Assembly: GCA_016213645.1 (NCBI GenBank)
Contig: JACQZY010000001.1
Coordinates: forward strand, 15,050-79,049
From: Actinomycetota bacterium
GTDB taxonomy: Bacteria; Actinomycetota; Thermoleophilia; Solirubrobacterales; JACPNS01
Direction of reading: 5' to 3'
DNA: 64,000 bases
Part shown: in pieces, positions 9,251-17,578 of the stretch
How positions within the stretch are numbered: the first letter of the stretch is position 1
How the letters are laid out: every line of letters starts with the position of its first letter
The notes under the pieces: generated by a model
Databases searched by the model: none
Seen by the model: the letters and a program-made list of their open reading frames with translations, nothing else
What the model was told of the DNA's origin: nothing
Made by a program: the position numbers and the translations under genes

Positions 9251-10066
9251 ATGCCGGACGCCCACACACCGCAGGCCGAAAAGCTTGGCGCCGATTCGGA
9301 CGGCGTACCCGGGCCCGTCACGTACGAGCGGCGTGGTGCGGCGGCGATCGTCACGATCGATCGGCCGCAGCGGCGAAATGCCGTGGACGGTGGTACGGCG
9401 GCGGCGCTGCGCGAGGCTTATGACCGCTTTGTCGCGGACGACGGGGCGCTGTGCATGGTGCTGACCGGCGCGGGTGACCGGGCGTTCTGTGCGGGTGCGG
9501 ATCTGAAGAACGCCGCGTCGCTGTTTCCGCGGCTGGACGATCCCGGTGGGCCGATGGGATTCACCCGGCTGACCTCGCCCAAACCGACGATCGCGGCGGT
9601 CGGCGGGTGGGCGCTGGCGGGTGGGTTTGAGCTGGCGCTTTGGTGCGATCTTCGTGTGTGTGGCGAGGGCACGGTGTTCGGCTTTGCGGAGCGGCGTTGG
9701 GGCGTGCCTTTGATCGACGGTGGTACGCAGCGAATCGCTCGCGTGATCGGCACGGGGCGAGCGTTGGATCTGGTTCTGACCGGGCGTATGGTTGAGCTCG
9801 ACGAGGCGCAGGCGATCGGGCTTGTGACCTTGCGCGCGGCGCGCGGCGGACACCTGGCGACGGCGCTGGAACTGGCCGAGAAGCTTGCCGAGTTTCCGCG
9901 CGAGACGATGCTTGCCGATCGTGCCGCGATGCTTGCCGGGCTGGGGCGGTCGCTGGATGAGGGACTGGCGATCGAGGCGGCCAACGGCATGGCGACCGCG
10001 CACGTGGCGGCCGCCGGAGCCAACCGATTTGCCGGGGGCGAGGGTCGCGGCGGGGCAGGGTTGTGA
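9251..10066 (+). CDS. enoyl-CoA hydratase/isomerase (crotonase) family protein
   Basis: VTYERRGAAAIVTIDRPQRRNAVD, then LTGAGDRAFCAGADLK and GGWALAGGFELALWCD. The start could instead be 9206. Confidence 0.85.
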   Translation: MPDAHTPQAEKLGADSDGVPGPVTYERRGAAAIVTIDRPQRRNAVDGGTAAALREAYDRFVADDGALCMVLTGAGDRAFCAGADLKNAASLFPRLDDPGGPMGFTRLTSPKPTIAAVGGWALAGGFELALWCDLRVCGEGTVFGFAERRWGVPLIDGGTQRIARVIGTGRALDLVLTGRMVELDEAQAIGLVTLRAARGGHLATALELAEKLAEFPRETMLADRAAMLAGLGRSLDEGLAIEAANGMATAHVAAAGANRFAGGEGRGGAGL

Positions 10067-10091
10067 TGTCGCGTATTCGGCGCTTTGCTGA

Positions 10092-10106
10092 TACCCTAGG
10101 GGGGTA
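10092..10106 (+). promoter_or_regulatory. CsoR-type (copper repressor) operator-like pseudo-palindrome
   Basis: TACCCTAGGGGGGTA (TACCC-N5-GGGTA) lies 35 nt upstream of ATG 10141, the first gene of the copper-type operon. Confidence 0.5.
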
Positions 10107-10140
10107 CCGGCGCGCACGTCGCGATGTCGGCCACGAAACG

Positions 10141-10563
10141 ATGTTCATTCGCATCAACAACCTGCTTCGCAACGGCAACCGCGTGCTTGTGTTGTCGGCC
10201 GCATTCGCCGTGGTGTTCGCGCTGGTGGCTACTCACGGCGCGCTCAGCACCGCGCACATGAGCGAAGGCCCTGGCCAGACTCACGGCGACGGCATGGCGG
10301 TTCACGGCGATCACATGTCCGACAATGGCGACGGCCAAAGCGACGGCATGCAGATCGTGATGTCGATCTGCCTGGCGGTCGTGGAAGCCGCCGTGGCGAT
10401 CGTGCTCGGCCTTGCGCTGGTGAGATTGCGCGACCTTTTTAGCGGTCGCGCTCGCTCGACCGCGAGACCGGTCGCGGCCTCTTCGCGTTTCGCCGTTCCG
10501 GCGTTGGCCGGACTTGGTCCGCCCGGTCGGCGGGCCGCGCTGCTTCAAGTCTTCTTGCGTTGA
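10141..10563 (+). CDS. two-TM membrane protein with a His/Met/Asp-rich loop (possible Cu-binding; DUF6153-like)
   Basis: TM1 VLVLSAAFAVVFALVATHGAL, loop HMSEGPGQTHGDGMAVHGDHMSDNGDGQSDGM, TM2 IVMSICLAVVEAAVAIVLGLALV. Confidence 0.55.
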   Translation: MFIRINNLLRNGNRVLVLSAAFAVVFALVATHGALSTAHMSEGPGQTHGDGMAVHGDHMSDNGDGQSDGMQIVMSICLAVVEAAVAIVLGLALVRLRDLFSGRARSTARPVAASSRFAVPALAGLGPPGRRAALLQVFLR

Positions 10564-10704
10564 CGCGCCGTCGCCGCCGTCGGATTTTCCGGCGGCTGCG
10601 ACCTCGCGCACGGTTCACGTTCGGCTCCGCGTTTTCGTGGGTCCGTCCGCCGTTCCCACGCGCTCCCACCCGTGTCATCCAAACGCAGGAAAGGTCTATT
10701 GAGA

Positions 10705-11967
10705 ATGTCCAATATTGAGAAATCCCTACGGCTCTGGCGCATGGTCGCGCTGGCGGCGATTGTGATCGCGGCGGTCGCGCTTGCTGTGAGCGTGACGGTC
10801 GCACTCGGCGACGGCGAAGACGGTGCCGATGACTCGGTCGCGACCGAGCAGTACCCGCCGGAGAAGTTTTTGATGAAGGGCGCGGCCCATGCCGAGGCCG
10901 CGCACAAGCCCAACCCCAACGCCAAGGTGGAGTCCTACGTCCGCCCCGACCCAACCCTCCCGGCGCCACCGCCGGGCAAGATCAAGCGCTTCACGATCGA
11001 CACCGCCGAGCGCATCACCCGCGTCTCCGACGAAAAGCCCGGACTGCGCGTTTGGTCGTTTGGCGTCAATGGCAAGCACCTCACCGGCACCGGCGGCTCG
11101 CCTCCGATTGTCGTTGACCAGGGCGACGCCGTGGAGATCACCCTGAAGAACGGCTCCGGCGAGTCGATGCAGGTGCACTTTCCGCACTCGTTCGACACGC
11201 ACGCCGCAGAGGTTTCACCGCAGGCCGCCTACAAGAGCATCGAGCCCGGCGAGCAGTTGCGATTCTCCTTCAAGGCGAATCACCCCGGTGTGTTCATGTA
11301 CCACTGCGGCACCAAGCCGGTGCTGCGGCACGTCGGCGCGGGCATGGCCGGCACGATGATCGTGCGACCGCGCGGCCTGCCGAAAGTGGACCGCGAACTG
11401 TGGTTTACGCAGCAGGAGTTCTACCTGGACAAGCCCAACGGCGACGCCTCGGTGGACAAGATGGTCGCCAAGAAACCCGACGTGATCGCCTTCAACGGCT
11501 TCGCCTCGCAATATCTCAAACGGCCGATCGACGTGCGGCGCGGCGAGCGCATTCGCATCTGGGTGCTGAACGCCGGACCGTCGCTGCCTACGTACTTCCA
11601 CGTGATCGGTTCGGTCTTTGACCGCGTCTGGAGCGAGGGCGACGCGCGGCGCCAAGCTCAGACAATCAGCCTTGGCCCGTCCGAGGGCGGCTACGTGGAA
11701 CTGACACTGAACCGCGAGGGCACCTACCCGTTTGTGACGCATGCCTTCGGCGACATGGTGCGCGGAGCGATCGGCGCGCTGCGCACGCCAAACGCCCCGA
11801 CCGAGTCGCAGACTCCTCCGGCGACGAAGATGCCCGGCGGCGGGATGGGCGGCGGAGACCACATGGACGAACACGGGGACATGGACGGAATGGACGGCAT
11901 GGAAGACATGGACCACGGCGACCGCCCGATGGACAAGCAGGACAAAGAAATGGACACCGCACGATGA
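10705..11967 (+). CDS. nirK: copper-containing nitrite reductase (NirK)-type two-domain cupredoxin protein, membrane-anchored, with a Met/His/Asp-rich C-terminal tail
   Basis: HSFDTHAA aligns with NirK HNIDFHAA. FMYHCGTKPVLRHVGAGMAGTMIV aligns with YHC...H....M (T1Cu ligands plus a T2Cu His). YFHVIGSVFDRVW and YPFVTHAFGDMVRGAIG match the domain-2 His motifs. N-terminal TM MVALAAIVIAAVALAVSV. Tail GGGMGGGDHMDEHGDMDGMDGMEDMDHGD. Confidence 0.7.
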   Translation: MSNIEKSLRLWRMVALAAIVIAAVALAVSVTVALGDGEDGADDSVATEQYPPEKFLMKGAAHAEAAHKPNPNAKVESYVRPDPTLPAPPPGKIKRFTIDTAERITRVSDEKPGLRVWSFGVNGKHLTGTGGSPPIVVDQGDAVEITLKNGSGESMQVHFPHSFDTHAAEVSPQAAYKSIEPGEQLRFSFKANHPGVFMYHCGTKPVLRHVGAGMAGTMIVRPRGLPKVDRELWFTQQEFYLDKPNGDASVDKMVAKKPDVIAFNGFASQYLKRPIDVRRGERIRIWVLNAGPSLPTYFHVIGSVFDRVWSEGDARRQAQTISLGPSEGGYVELTLNREGTYPFVTHAFGDMVRGAIGALRTPNAPTESQTPPATKMPGGGMGGGDHMDEHGDMDGMDGMEDMDHGDRPMDKQDKEMDTAR

Positions 11968-12602
11968 GGAAAATCAGGGTAAACACGATTGCCGCCGCGG
12001 CAGTAGCCGCGGCGGTCGCGGTGCTCGCGATCACGGCTTCCGGTTGCGGATCGAACGACTCCGGTAAGCAATCTGCGGGCACGTCCGGCGGTGGAACCGA
12101 CGCGGCCTTCGCACGCGAAATGATCCCCCATCATGAGGGCGCCGTGTCGATGGCGAAATCCGCCCGCAAAAAGGCGATGCACGACGAGATCCGGCGACTT
12201 GCAAATTCGATCATCAGTTCTCAGAACTCCGAAATCGAACAGCTGCGGCGCATCGATCGCGAGCTTTCCTCCGGCGGTGTCAAACCGAGTTCGCTGAACA
12301 TGAGCCACGCACAGATGGGGATGGATTTCGAAATGCCGATGCTCGATCGCGCTCGCGATTTCGACAAAGCGTTTATCGACATGATGATCCCCCACCACCG
12401 CGGCGCGATCGCCATGGCGCAGTCCGAAATCGCCGACGGCACACACGCCGAACTACGCCAACTCGCGCGGGCGATCATCTCCGCTCAGCAAAAGGAGATC
12501 GCACTCATGCAGTCCTGGCGCAAGCGATGGTACGGCGCGGAACTTCCGGATGCCGGAGACGGGAAGATGGATCACAACACGATGGATCACGGCAAGATGT
12601 GA
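11964..12602 (+). CDS. DUF305-family (ferritin-like four-helix) lipoprotein, copper-homeostasis associated
   Basis: Two DUF305 signatures, FAREMIPHHEGAVSMA and FIDMMIPHHRGAIAMA. Lipobox-like AITASGC. ATGA overlap with the preceding gene. Confidence 0.8.
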   Translation: MRKIRVNTIAAAAVAAAVAVLAITASGCGSNDSGKQSAGTSGGGTDAAFAREMIPHHEGAVSMAKSARKKAMHDEIRRLANSIISSQNSEIEQLRRIDRELSSGGVKPSSLNMSHAQMGMDFEMPMLDRARDFDKAFIDMMIPHHRGAIAMAQSEIADGTHAELRQLARAIISAQQKEIALMQSWRKRWYGAELPDAGDGKMDHNTMDHGKM

Positions 12603-12631
12603 AAGCGACTGAAGCGAAACGGAGCTGAGAA

Positions 12632-12916
12632 ATGACTGACACATTGATTTCCGCCGCGCTTTTGGCGGACCGCTACGGGCGCGGTGATCACATGGACGGC
12701 GACTGGTGGTGGATGGCACTGGCGATGGCGGTCTTCTGGGCCGCGATCATCGTGCTGGTGGTGTGGGTGTTTCGCAGCGGCGGCGGTGTGAGCGTGCACC
12801 GCCGCGAATCCGCCGACGAAATCCTGCGCCGCCGGCTGGCCGAAGGCGAGATCAGCGTGGAGGAGTTCGAGACCCGGCGCAAGGCAATGCGCGAGGGCGG
12901 CGGCGGGGAAACCTGA
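12632..12916 (+). CDS. SHOCT-domain membrane protein
   Basis: One TM (WWWMALAMAVFWAAIIVLVVWVF) followed by ILRRRLAEGEISVEEFETRRKAM, which is a SHOCT motif. Confidence 0.75.
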   Translation: MTDTLISAALLADRYGRGDHMDGDWWWMALAMAVFWAAIIVLVVWVFRSGGGVSVHRRESADEILRRRLAEGEISVEEFETRRKAMREGGGGET

Positions 12917-12965
12917 CGTGCCGGCCTGCGCTGGATGAAGTTGTTCGCTCGGCGGTGGATCTGCG

Positions 12966-13463
12966 TTACGTCGCGGATTCGCCGTCGAGCGATTCCAACA
13001 ACTCCACGTCGGCGAGATCCTGCGGTCGGCCGCTCGCCCGTTTGAGCCTGATCAAATCCTCGCGGTGGGCGATCGCAACGATCAGGTCGCCGAGCTCGAC
13101 ATCGTGTGCTCGCGCTCGTAAATCGGCAAAAGAACCAAGTCCGGCAGGGGCCGTGACAACGTCCAGCGGACCAAACCGCGTGATCAAGTGCCACTGGTCG
13201 CTCGCAGCGAGCAGCCGGGCGCCCGGCACTTCGCGTGAACGGCCGCCGTCTGGGCCAATGATTCTGGCCTCAACATCTATAAGCATCGCGGCCAGCCGCT
13301 CAAAGTTCTCGGCCGAAGCCGCGATCGTCACGTCCAGGTCGCGTGTGAGTCGCTGGGCGCCGTGAGCCTGGATCGCGACGCCGCCGATCGTCACGTACTC
13401 CACGCCATGCCTGGCCAGCGCACGAAACAATTCTCGAGCGTCGAAATCCAACGGGGCGCTCAC
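12966..13463 (-). CDS. minimal nucleotidyltransferase-fold protein (toxin/antitoxin-type NTase)
   Basis: YVTIGGVAIQAHGAQRLTRDLDVTI fits the GG...R.T.D.D NTase signature. 4-nt overlap with the upstream small ORF. Confidence 0.55.
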   Translation of the reverse strand: MSAPLDFDARELFRALARHGVEYVTIGGVAIQAHGAQRLTRDLDVTIAASAENFERLAAMLIDVEARIIGPDGGRSREVPGARLLAASDQWHLITRFGPLDVVTAPAGLGSFADLRARAHDVELGDLIVAIAHREDLIRLKRASGRPQDLADVELLESLDGESAT

Positions 13464-13669
13464 CGTCGTTCTGCTTCGCGCTCGCGCGCTTTCGCCAGTC
13501 CGGTCTGAAGTTCCGAAGCCAGCTTGTTCCAGCTCAACGCCAGTTCCAAACGCTCTGCCATCGGCCGTCGCAAAGCGTCGGCGACCAGGTCCGGGCGCGC
13601 CAGCGGGTCACGCACGGGAGGCGCATGAGTGCCCGTTGACGACGGTGTCGATGCTGCGTTCTTGCTCAC
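13460..13669 (-). CDS. small helical protein, partner of the NTase (antitoxin-like), unknown family
   Basis: 69 codons with a GTG start. Translationally coupled to 12966-13463. Charged helical C-terminus. Confidence 0.4.
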   Translation of the reverse strand: MSKNAASTPSSTGTHAPPVRDPLARPDLVADALRRPMAERLELALSWNKLASELQTGLAKAREREAERR

Positions 13670-13715
13670 CGTTTCAGCGTACAGGACGCTATTTGCGATT
13701 TCGACCGGGGAAGGG

Positions 13716-13808
13716 TGCAGTGGCAGTGGCAGTGGCGGTTGCGGTGGCAGCGGTGGTGGCAGCGGCGACGGTGGCGGTGGCGGTGGCGGTGGCGGTGGCG
13801 GTGGCGGT
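13716..13808. repeat. (GGN)n microsatellite, including a perfect (GGTGGC) run of 6.5 units
   Basis: GCAGTG x3, then degenerate GGY triplets, then ggtggc x6.5 at 13770-13808. It is intergenic, between the bicupin stop and the small-ORF start. Confidence 0.9.
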
Positions 13809-13863
13809 TAGAGGCGGATAGCGGAAGCCATGTCGCCTCACGTGACGATCCACTAACCCGCGC

Positions 13864-14691
13864 TCAACCCCCGCGCCGCGGCGGCTCATACGCCCTGCCC
13901 GGCGTGCCGCCGATCGCGATCACGCGGATGCCGTCTGGGCCGGGGTGGATCTGGCGTTTCTGCTCGGGGCCCACGCGGATCATCTCACCGGGCGCGATCG
14001 GAATGCTGCCCACCCCGTCGATCTCGATCTCGCCCTCGCCGGAGATCGGAATGTACACCTCTTCCTGGCCGTCGGCGATGTGGTCGTGATGCGGGTACTC
14101 GGCGTCCTCAATGCCCTCAATCTCGAGCAGTCCGATGCCGAACGCGGTCACGCCCAGCTCCGACCGCACCGGTGTGAGCGAGACGCCGTTGAAGTGCCCG
14201 CTGTACGTGTCCATGTTCTCAAAACGCACCGCGGTGCAGTCGTGAGTCTGGTCGCCCTCGCCCGCGGCCGCGGCCTTCACGCCGGGCAGTTCGGGGATCA
14301 TCGGCTCGGGCGCTCCGGCCTCGGAGTGCACGAAGGGCTCGTACGCCTCGCCGGTCGCGGCGCCGATCGAGAGCAGACGCAATCCTTCCGGGCCGCTGAT
14401 CGGACGTCGCGTTGCGCCCGGACCCACGCGCACCGCGGTGCCGGTGTCGATCGGCACTCGCTCGCCGTCGATCTCCAGCCAACCGTCACCCAGCAGCGGA
14501 ATGTAGACCTCCTCCTGGCCGTCGAAAGTGTGCACGTGCGCGGGCACCATGTCGAAGTTCGGCGGCAGGTCGCTGACGGACATGCCGAACGCCGTCACGC
14601 CCAGCGCGGCGCGGGCGCGCTTGAAGCCGCCGGCCCAGACTGCCTCCATCTCGTCGATCGGCATGTGCTTGTGTTCGGTGAGGATGGTCAT
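13864..14691 (-). CDS. bicupin (two cupin_2 domains) protein
   Basis: Two copies of H.H..(D)GQEEVYIP..G: HVHTFDGQEEVYIPLLG and HHDHIADGQEEVYIPISG. ATG 14691 is preceded by AAGGAG; the longer ORF start at 14859 is unlikely. Confidence 0.75.
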   Translation of the reverse strand: MTILTEHKHMPIDEMEAVWAGGFKRARAALGVTAFGMSVSDLPPNFDMVPAHVHTFDGQEEVYIPLLGDGWLEIDGERVPIDTGTAVRVGPGATRRPISGPEGLRLLSIGAATGEAYEPFVHSEAGAPEPMIPELPGVKAAAAGEGDQTHDCTAVRFENMDTYSGHFNGVSLTPVRSELGVTAFGIGLLEIEGIEDAEYPHHDHIADGQEEVYIPISGEGEIEIDGVGSIPIAPGEMIRVGPEQKRQIHPGPDGIRVIAIGGTPGRAYEPPRRGG

Positions 14692-14842
14692 GCTCGCTCC
14701 TTTGATTGCGTCGTTGGTGGGAGGGACTTGTTCGCCGGCCGGGTCATCGACGTGTGACAAGGCGGTCGGTGGGCGTGCGGCCGCGCCATTCGCGCGCGGC
14801 GCCGGCAGTGTGTCGAGAAGCCGAACATACACTGACCGCGCC

Positions 14843-15403
14843 GTGTACGACACCACCACCGCAGACCTGATCGCGCTAACGCGCCGCCACCGACCGGGAG
14901 ACGACGACGAACGGCGCCACCTGCTGGCGGCGCTCGACTGGCTGGCGACCGCGGGGCGCCCGTTTGACCGCGACGCGTTTGACCCGGGACACGCGACCGG
15001 CAGCGGATTTGTGGTCGGCCGCGACGGGCGCGTTGCGCTGATCTTTCACTCCAAGCTGGAGCTGTGGGTGCAACCCGGCGGCCATGCCGAGCCGGGCGAG
15101 ACCGACGTGGCCGCGGTCGCCGCGCGTGAGTCCGCCGAGGAGTTGGGCGTAACGATCGACCCCGCGTCGGTGTCGCTATTCGACATCGACGTTCACCGTG
15201 TGGCGCCGCGTGGCGCCGCGCCGTCGCACCTGCACTTCGATTACCGCCACCTCTGCCTGATTGACGCCGGCGTCGATCTACCCGGCGGCAGCGATGCGCG
15301 CGAGGCCCGCTGGTTTTCGCGCGCTGAGTTGTCGAGGATCGGGCTGGACCCGGGACTCCGGCGAATGATTCGAAAGGCGGAGGCTGCCGGGCTGGTCAGT
15401 TGA
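14843..15403 (+). CDS. NUDIX hydrolase
   Basis: Nudix box GGHAEPGETDVAAVAARESAEELGV. The GTG 14843 start avoids overlap with the divergent bicupin, but it is uncertain. Confidence 0.75.
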   Translation: MYDTTTADLIALTRRHRPGDDDERRHLLAALDWLATAGRPFDRDAFDPGHATGSGFVVGRDGRVALIFHSKLELWVQPGGHAEPGETDVAAVAARESAEELGVTIDPASVSLFDIDVHRVAPRGAAPSHLHFDYRHLCLIDAGVDLPGGSDAREARWFSRAELSRIGLDPGLRRMIRKAEAAGLVS

Positions 15404-15580
15404 CACCATGGGACGATGGAAAGGCCGTCGCCATGGCAGATCCCGGACAGCAGGACTTGTCGGTTGGCGTCACCAGACGAGGAGCACCCGCCATCGCCCT
15501 GCTTATTGAAGACGGTGGTGGTTGGCAATTGCTCGTCGCCAAGACGTCGCGAACTGGACACCGACGGGCGGTGCCGGCCC

Positions 15581-16759
15581 TCACGCTCCCGCAAGCAACC
15601 TGTCTAGCCGGAAACTCAGCGCCTGAAGGGTGAGCTCTTCGCTGACATTGCGGCGCAGGGCGCGGCGGGTGTCGTCCACCTCTGCTGCGGCCGCGATCAA
15701 ATCGGCGACGGAACGGCCGGCGGCGGCTTTGGTGATCGACTCGGAGCGATCCGTGGCCAGCACTTGATCCGCGGCGCCGACGGCAGTAGCGGCGAGATCG
15801 CGAAGCAGCAACGCGGCCACGCGCAGCGAGCGGTCCAGGCTCTCGGCACGCTCGCGACGAGCGGTGCGGTGGGCGGACTGCTCGCCTTCCTTTTGGGCAG
15901 CGGACTTTTCACGGCCTTTGGGCAGGGCTTCGATGCGCGCTTCCAGTTGCGAGAGTTCGGCCTGCTCAGCGCGTTCACCGGCCTCGACGGCGCGGGCAAG
16001 CAATCCCTCCCAAGGCCGCTCGCGACCGGAAACTCCGCGCAACGCGCACGCGACGATCTTGCCCGCCTCGCTACGCATCGCGTCGCCGTCGTCCGTGACA
16101 AGTTCGTGCGCCAGCCGCGGGTCTCCAGAGGCAAGCGCGGCACAGGCTGCAGCGCGGTCTTCGGGCACTCCTTCGGCCACAAGGCCGGCAGCGATCAGCC
16201 GCGGCGCGAGCGCGTCGAAACGCACTTGTTGACAACGCGACAGCACCGTCGGCAAGACGCGCTCGGACTCGGCGGTCAGCAGGATGAAGTGCGCGTAGGC
16301 TGCGGGCTCTTCCAAGGTTTTGAGCATTCGGTTGGCAACCTCGGCAGACATCGTTTCGACGCGTTCCAGCACGAACACTCGCTTGGCGCCCTCCATCGGC
16401 GTGCGTGTGGCGCCGTGGACAACCGGCTCGGCAATGTCGTCGATGCGCATTTCGTGAGCGCCGGAAGGCTTGACCCAGGTGAGGTCCGGGTGGGATCCGC
16501 GCAGCGCGCGGGCCGAGGCGGACTCGGCGGCTTGATCGTTTTGTGTGCCGGCCGACAGCAACGCTGCCGCAAACGCGCGGGCCGCGCGAGCCTTGCCCAC
16601 GCCGCGCGGGCCATGAAAGAGGTAGGCGTGCGAGGCGGAGTCGTGCTCGATTGCGGAGGTCAACGACGCGCGAGCTTGTGGGTGAGAGGCGGTGGCGGCA
16701 GTGAGTTCGGTGAGTGGAGTCGCGCCGGCCGCGACGGCCTCAATCTGCGCACCACTCAC
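15581..16759 (-). CDS. holB: DNA polymerase III subunit delta'
   Basis: HAYLFHGPRGVGKARAARAFAAALL and the LKTLEEP motif. GTGA overlap with tmk. Confidence 0.9.
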   Translation of the reverse strand: MSGAQIEAVAAGATPLTELTAATASHPQARASLTSAIEHDSASHAYLFHGPRGVGKARAARAFAAALLSAGTQNDQAAESASARALRGSHPDLTWVKPSGAHEMRIDDIAEPVVHGATRTPMEGAKRVFVLERVETMSAEVANRMLKTLEEPAAYAHFILLTAESERVLPTVLSRCQQVRFDALAPRLIAAGLVAEGVPEDRAAACAALASGDPRLAHELVTDDGDAMRSEAGKIVACALRGVSGRERPWEGLLARAVEAGERAEQAELSQLEARIEALPKGREKSAAQKEGEQSAHRTARRERAESLDRSLRVAALLLRDLAATAVGAADQVLATDRSESITKAAAGRSVADLIAAAAEVDDTRRALRRNVSEELTLQALSFRLDRLLAGA

Positions 16760-17454
16760 GCGAACGCGCCCTCACCGATCAGCGCCGCCACGTGCAGCGC
16801 CACGTCTTCGGCCACGTTCTCTGGCTCGCGGTCGCCGTCGATGCGCTGGATGCGATTCGGATCGCCGGTCGCGAGCTCATCGTAGGCTTCGGCGATCGCG
16901 CGCTGAAAGCGAAGGCCTTCGGCTTCAAAACGGTCGTCGATCTCAGCCCCGCGTTCGACAGCGCGTTCCGGGTCGATTTCGATCAGCAGCGTGAGATCCG
17001 GCATCAATCCGTCGGTCGCCCAGTCGTTCAGCCGGTGGATGTGCTCGCGGCCGAGGCCACGCGCCGCGCCTTGGTAGGCGAACGACGAGTCCACGTAGCG
17101 ATCGGCAATCACGATTTTGCCGTCGGTGATCGCGGGTTTGATCACCCGCTCAACCAGGTCGGCACGAGCCGCCGCAAAAAGCAGCGCTTCTGCACGGTCG
17201 GTCATCGGGATCGTGGGGTCTTTCAGCATCGCGCGGATGCGTTCGGCAAGCGACGTGCCGCCCGGTTCGCGCACCAGCATCGCGCGCTCACCAAGCGCCG
17301 CCGCCAGCAGCGCCGCCTGCGTGCTCTTGCCGCTGCGGTCGATGCCCTCGAAAGAAATGAAGCGGCCGGCGGCGTTGATGCCTGTGTTGTAGGGCAGGGC
17401 GTTGCCCACTTTGCCGCTTTTGCCACTACCCGCGTCGTTGCCCGTCTCGTCCAT
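16756..17454 (-). CDS. tmk: dTMP (thymidylate) kinase
   Basis: FISFEGIDRSGKSTQ P-loop and a DRY-type motif. The ATG 17454 start is preferred, because the 47 extra codons up to 17595 are low-complexity and overlap the palindromes. Confidence 0.85.
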   Translation of the reverse strand: MDETGNDAGSGKSGKVGNALPYNTGINAAGRFISFEGIDRSGKSTQAALLAAALGERAMLVREPGGTSLAERIRAMLKDPTIPMTDRAEALLFAAARADLVERVIKPAITDGKIVIADRYVDSSFAYQGAARGLGREHIHRLNDWATDGLMPDLTLLIEIDPERAVERGAEIDDRFEAEGLRFQRAIAEAYDELATGDPNRIQRIDGDREPENVAEDVALHVAALIGEGAFA

Positions 17455-17578
17455 CCGCCGATGGTATTGGCCGCCACCAGCATGTGCGCCGCGCAACCCC
17501 AAGCCCGCGTTCCCCCCCGCCCCGACCCCACTTCGCACTTCAATGCGGTTTCCTGCGCAGACCTCTGACTCCTCGCAA

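Noticed and set aside
8753-10117. 454-aa ORF on the minus strand spanning the small membrane protein and crotonase genes
   Set aside because: It is an Arg/Pro/Ala/Thr-rich nonsense translation, antisense to a clearly recognisable crotonase. This is a typical long shadow ORF of a high-GC genome. The same reasoning applies to many other track ORFs, e.g. 24272-25411, 25439-26590, 35855-36931, 42393-43463 and 57539-59005.
13629-13889. Poly-Gly ORFs (13629-13811, 13636-13821) and the (Thr-Ala)n ORF (13689-13889)
   Set aside because: They are pure translations of the (GGN)n microsatellite. They have no plausible start context, and the minus-strand ORF overlaps the bicupin 3' end.
13864-14691. Bicupin (and the cupin at 32881-33348) as the missing RmlC epimerase
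   Set aside because: The motifs are generic cupin_2 metal-binding signatures (H.H..QEEVY), not the RmlC pattern, and neither gene is adjacent to the rml block.
15400-15633. 77-aa ORF between NUDIX and holB, with a NUDIX-N-terminus-like strand (APAIALLIEDGGGWQLLVAKT)
   Set aside because: It is too short, lacks a Nudix box and overlaps the holB 3' end. At most it is a gene remnant, and I cannot support it.
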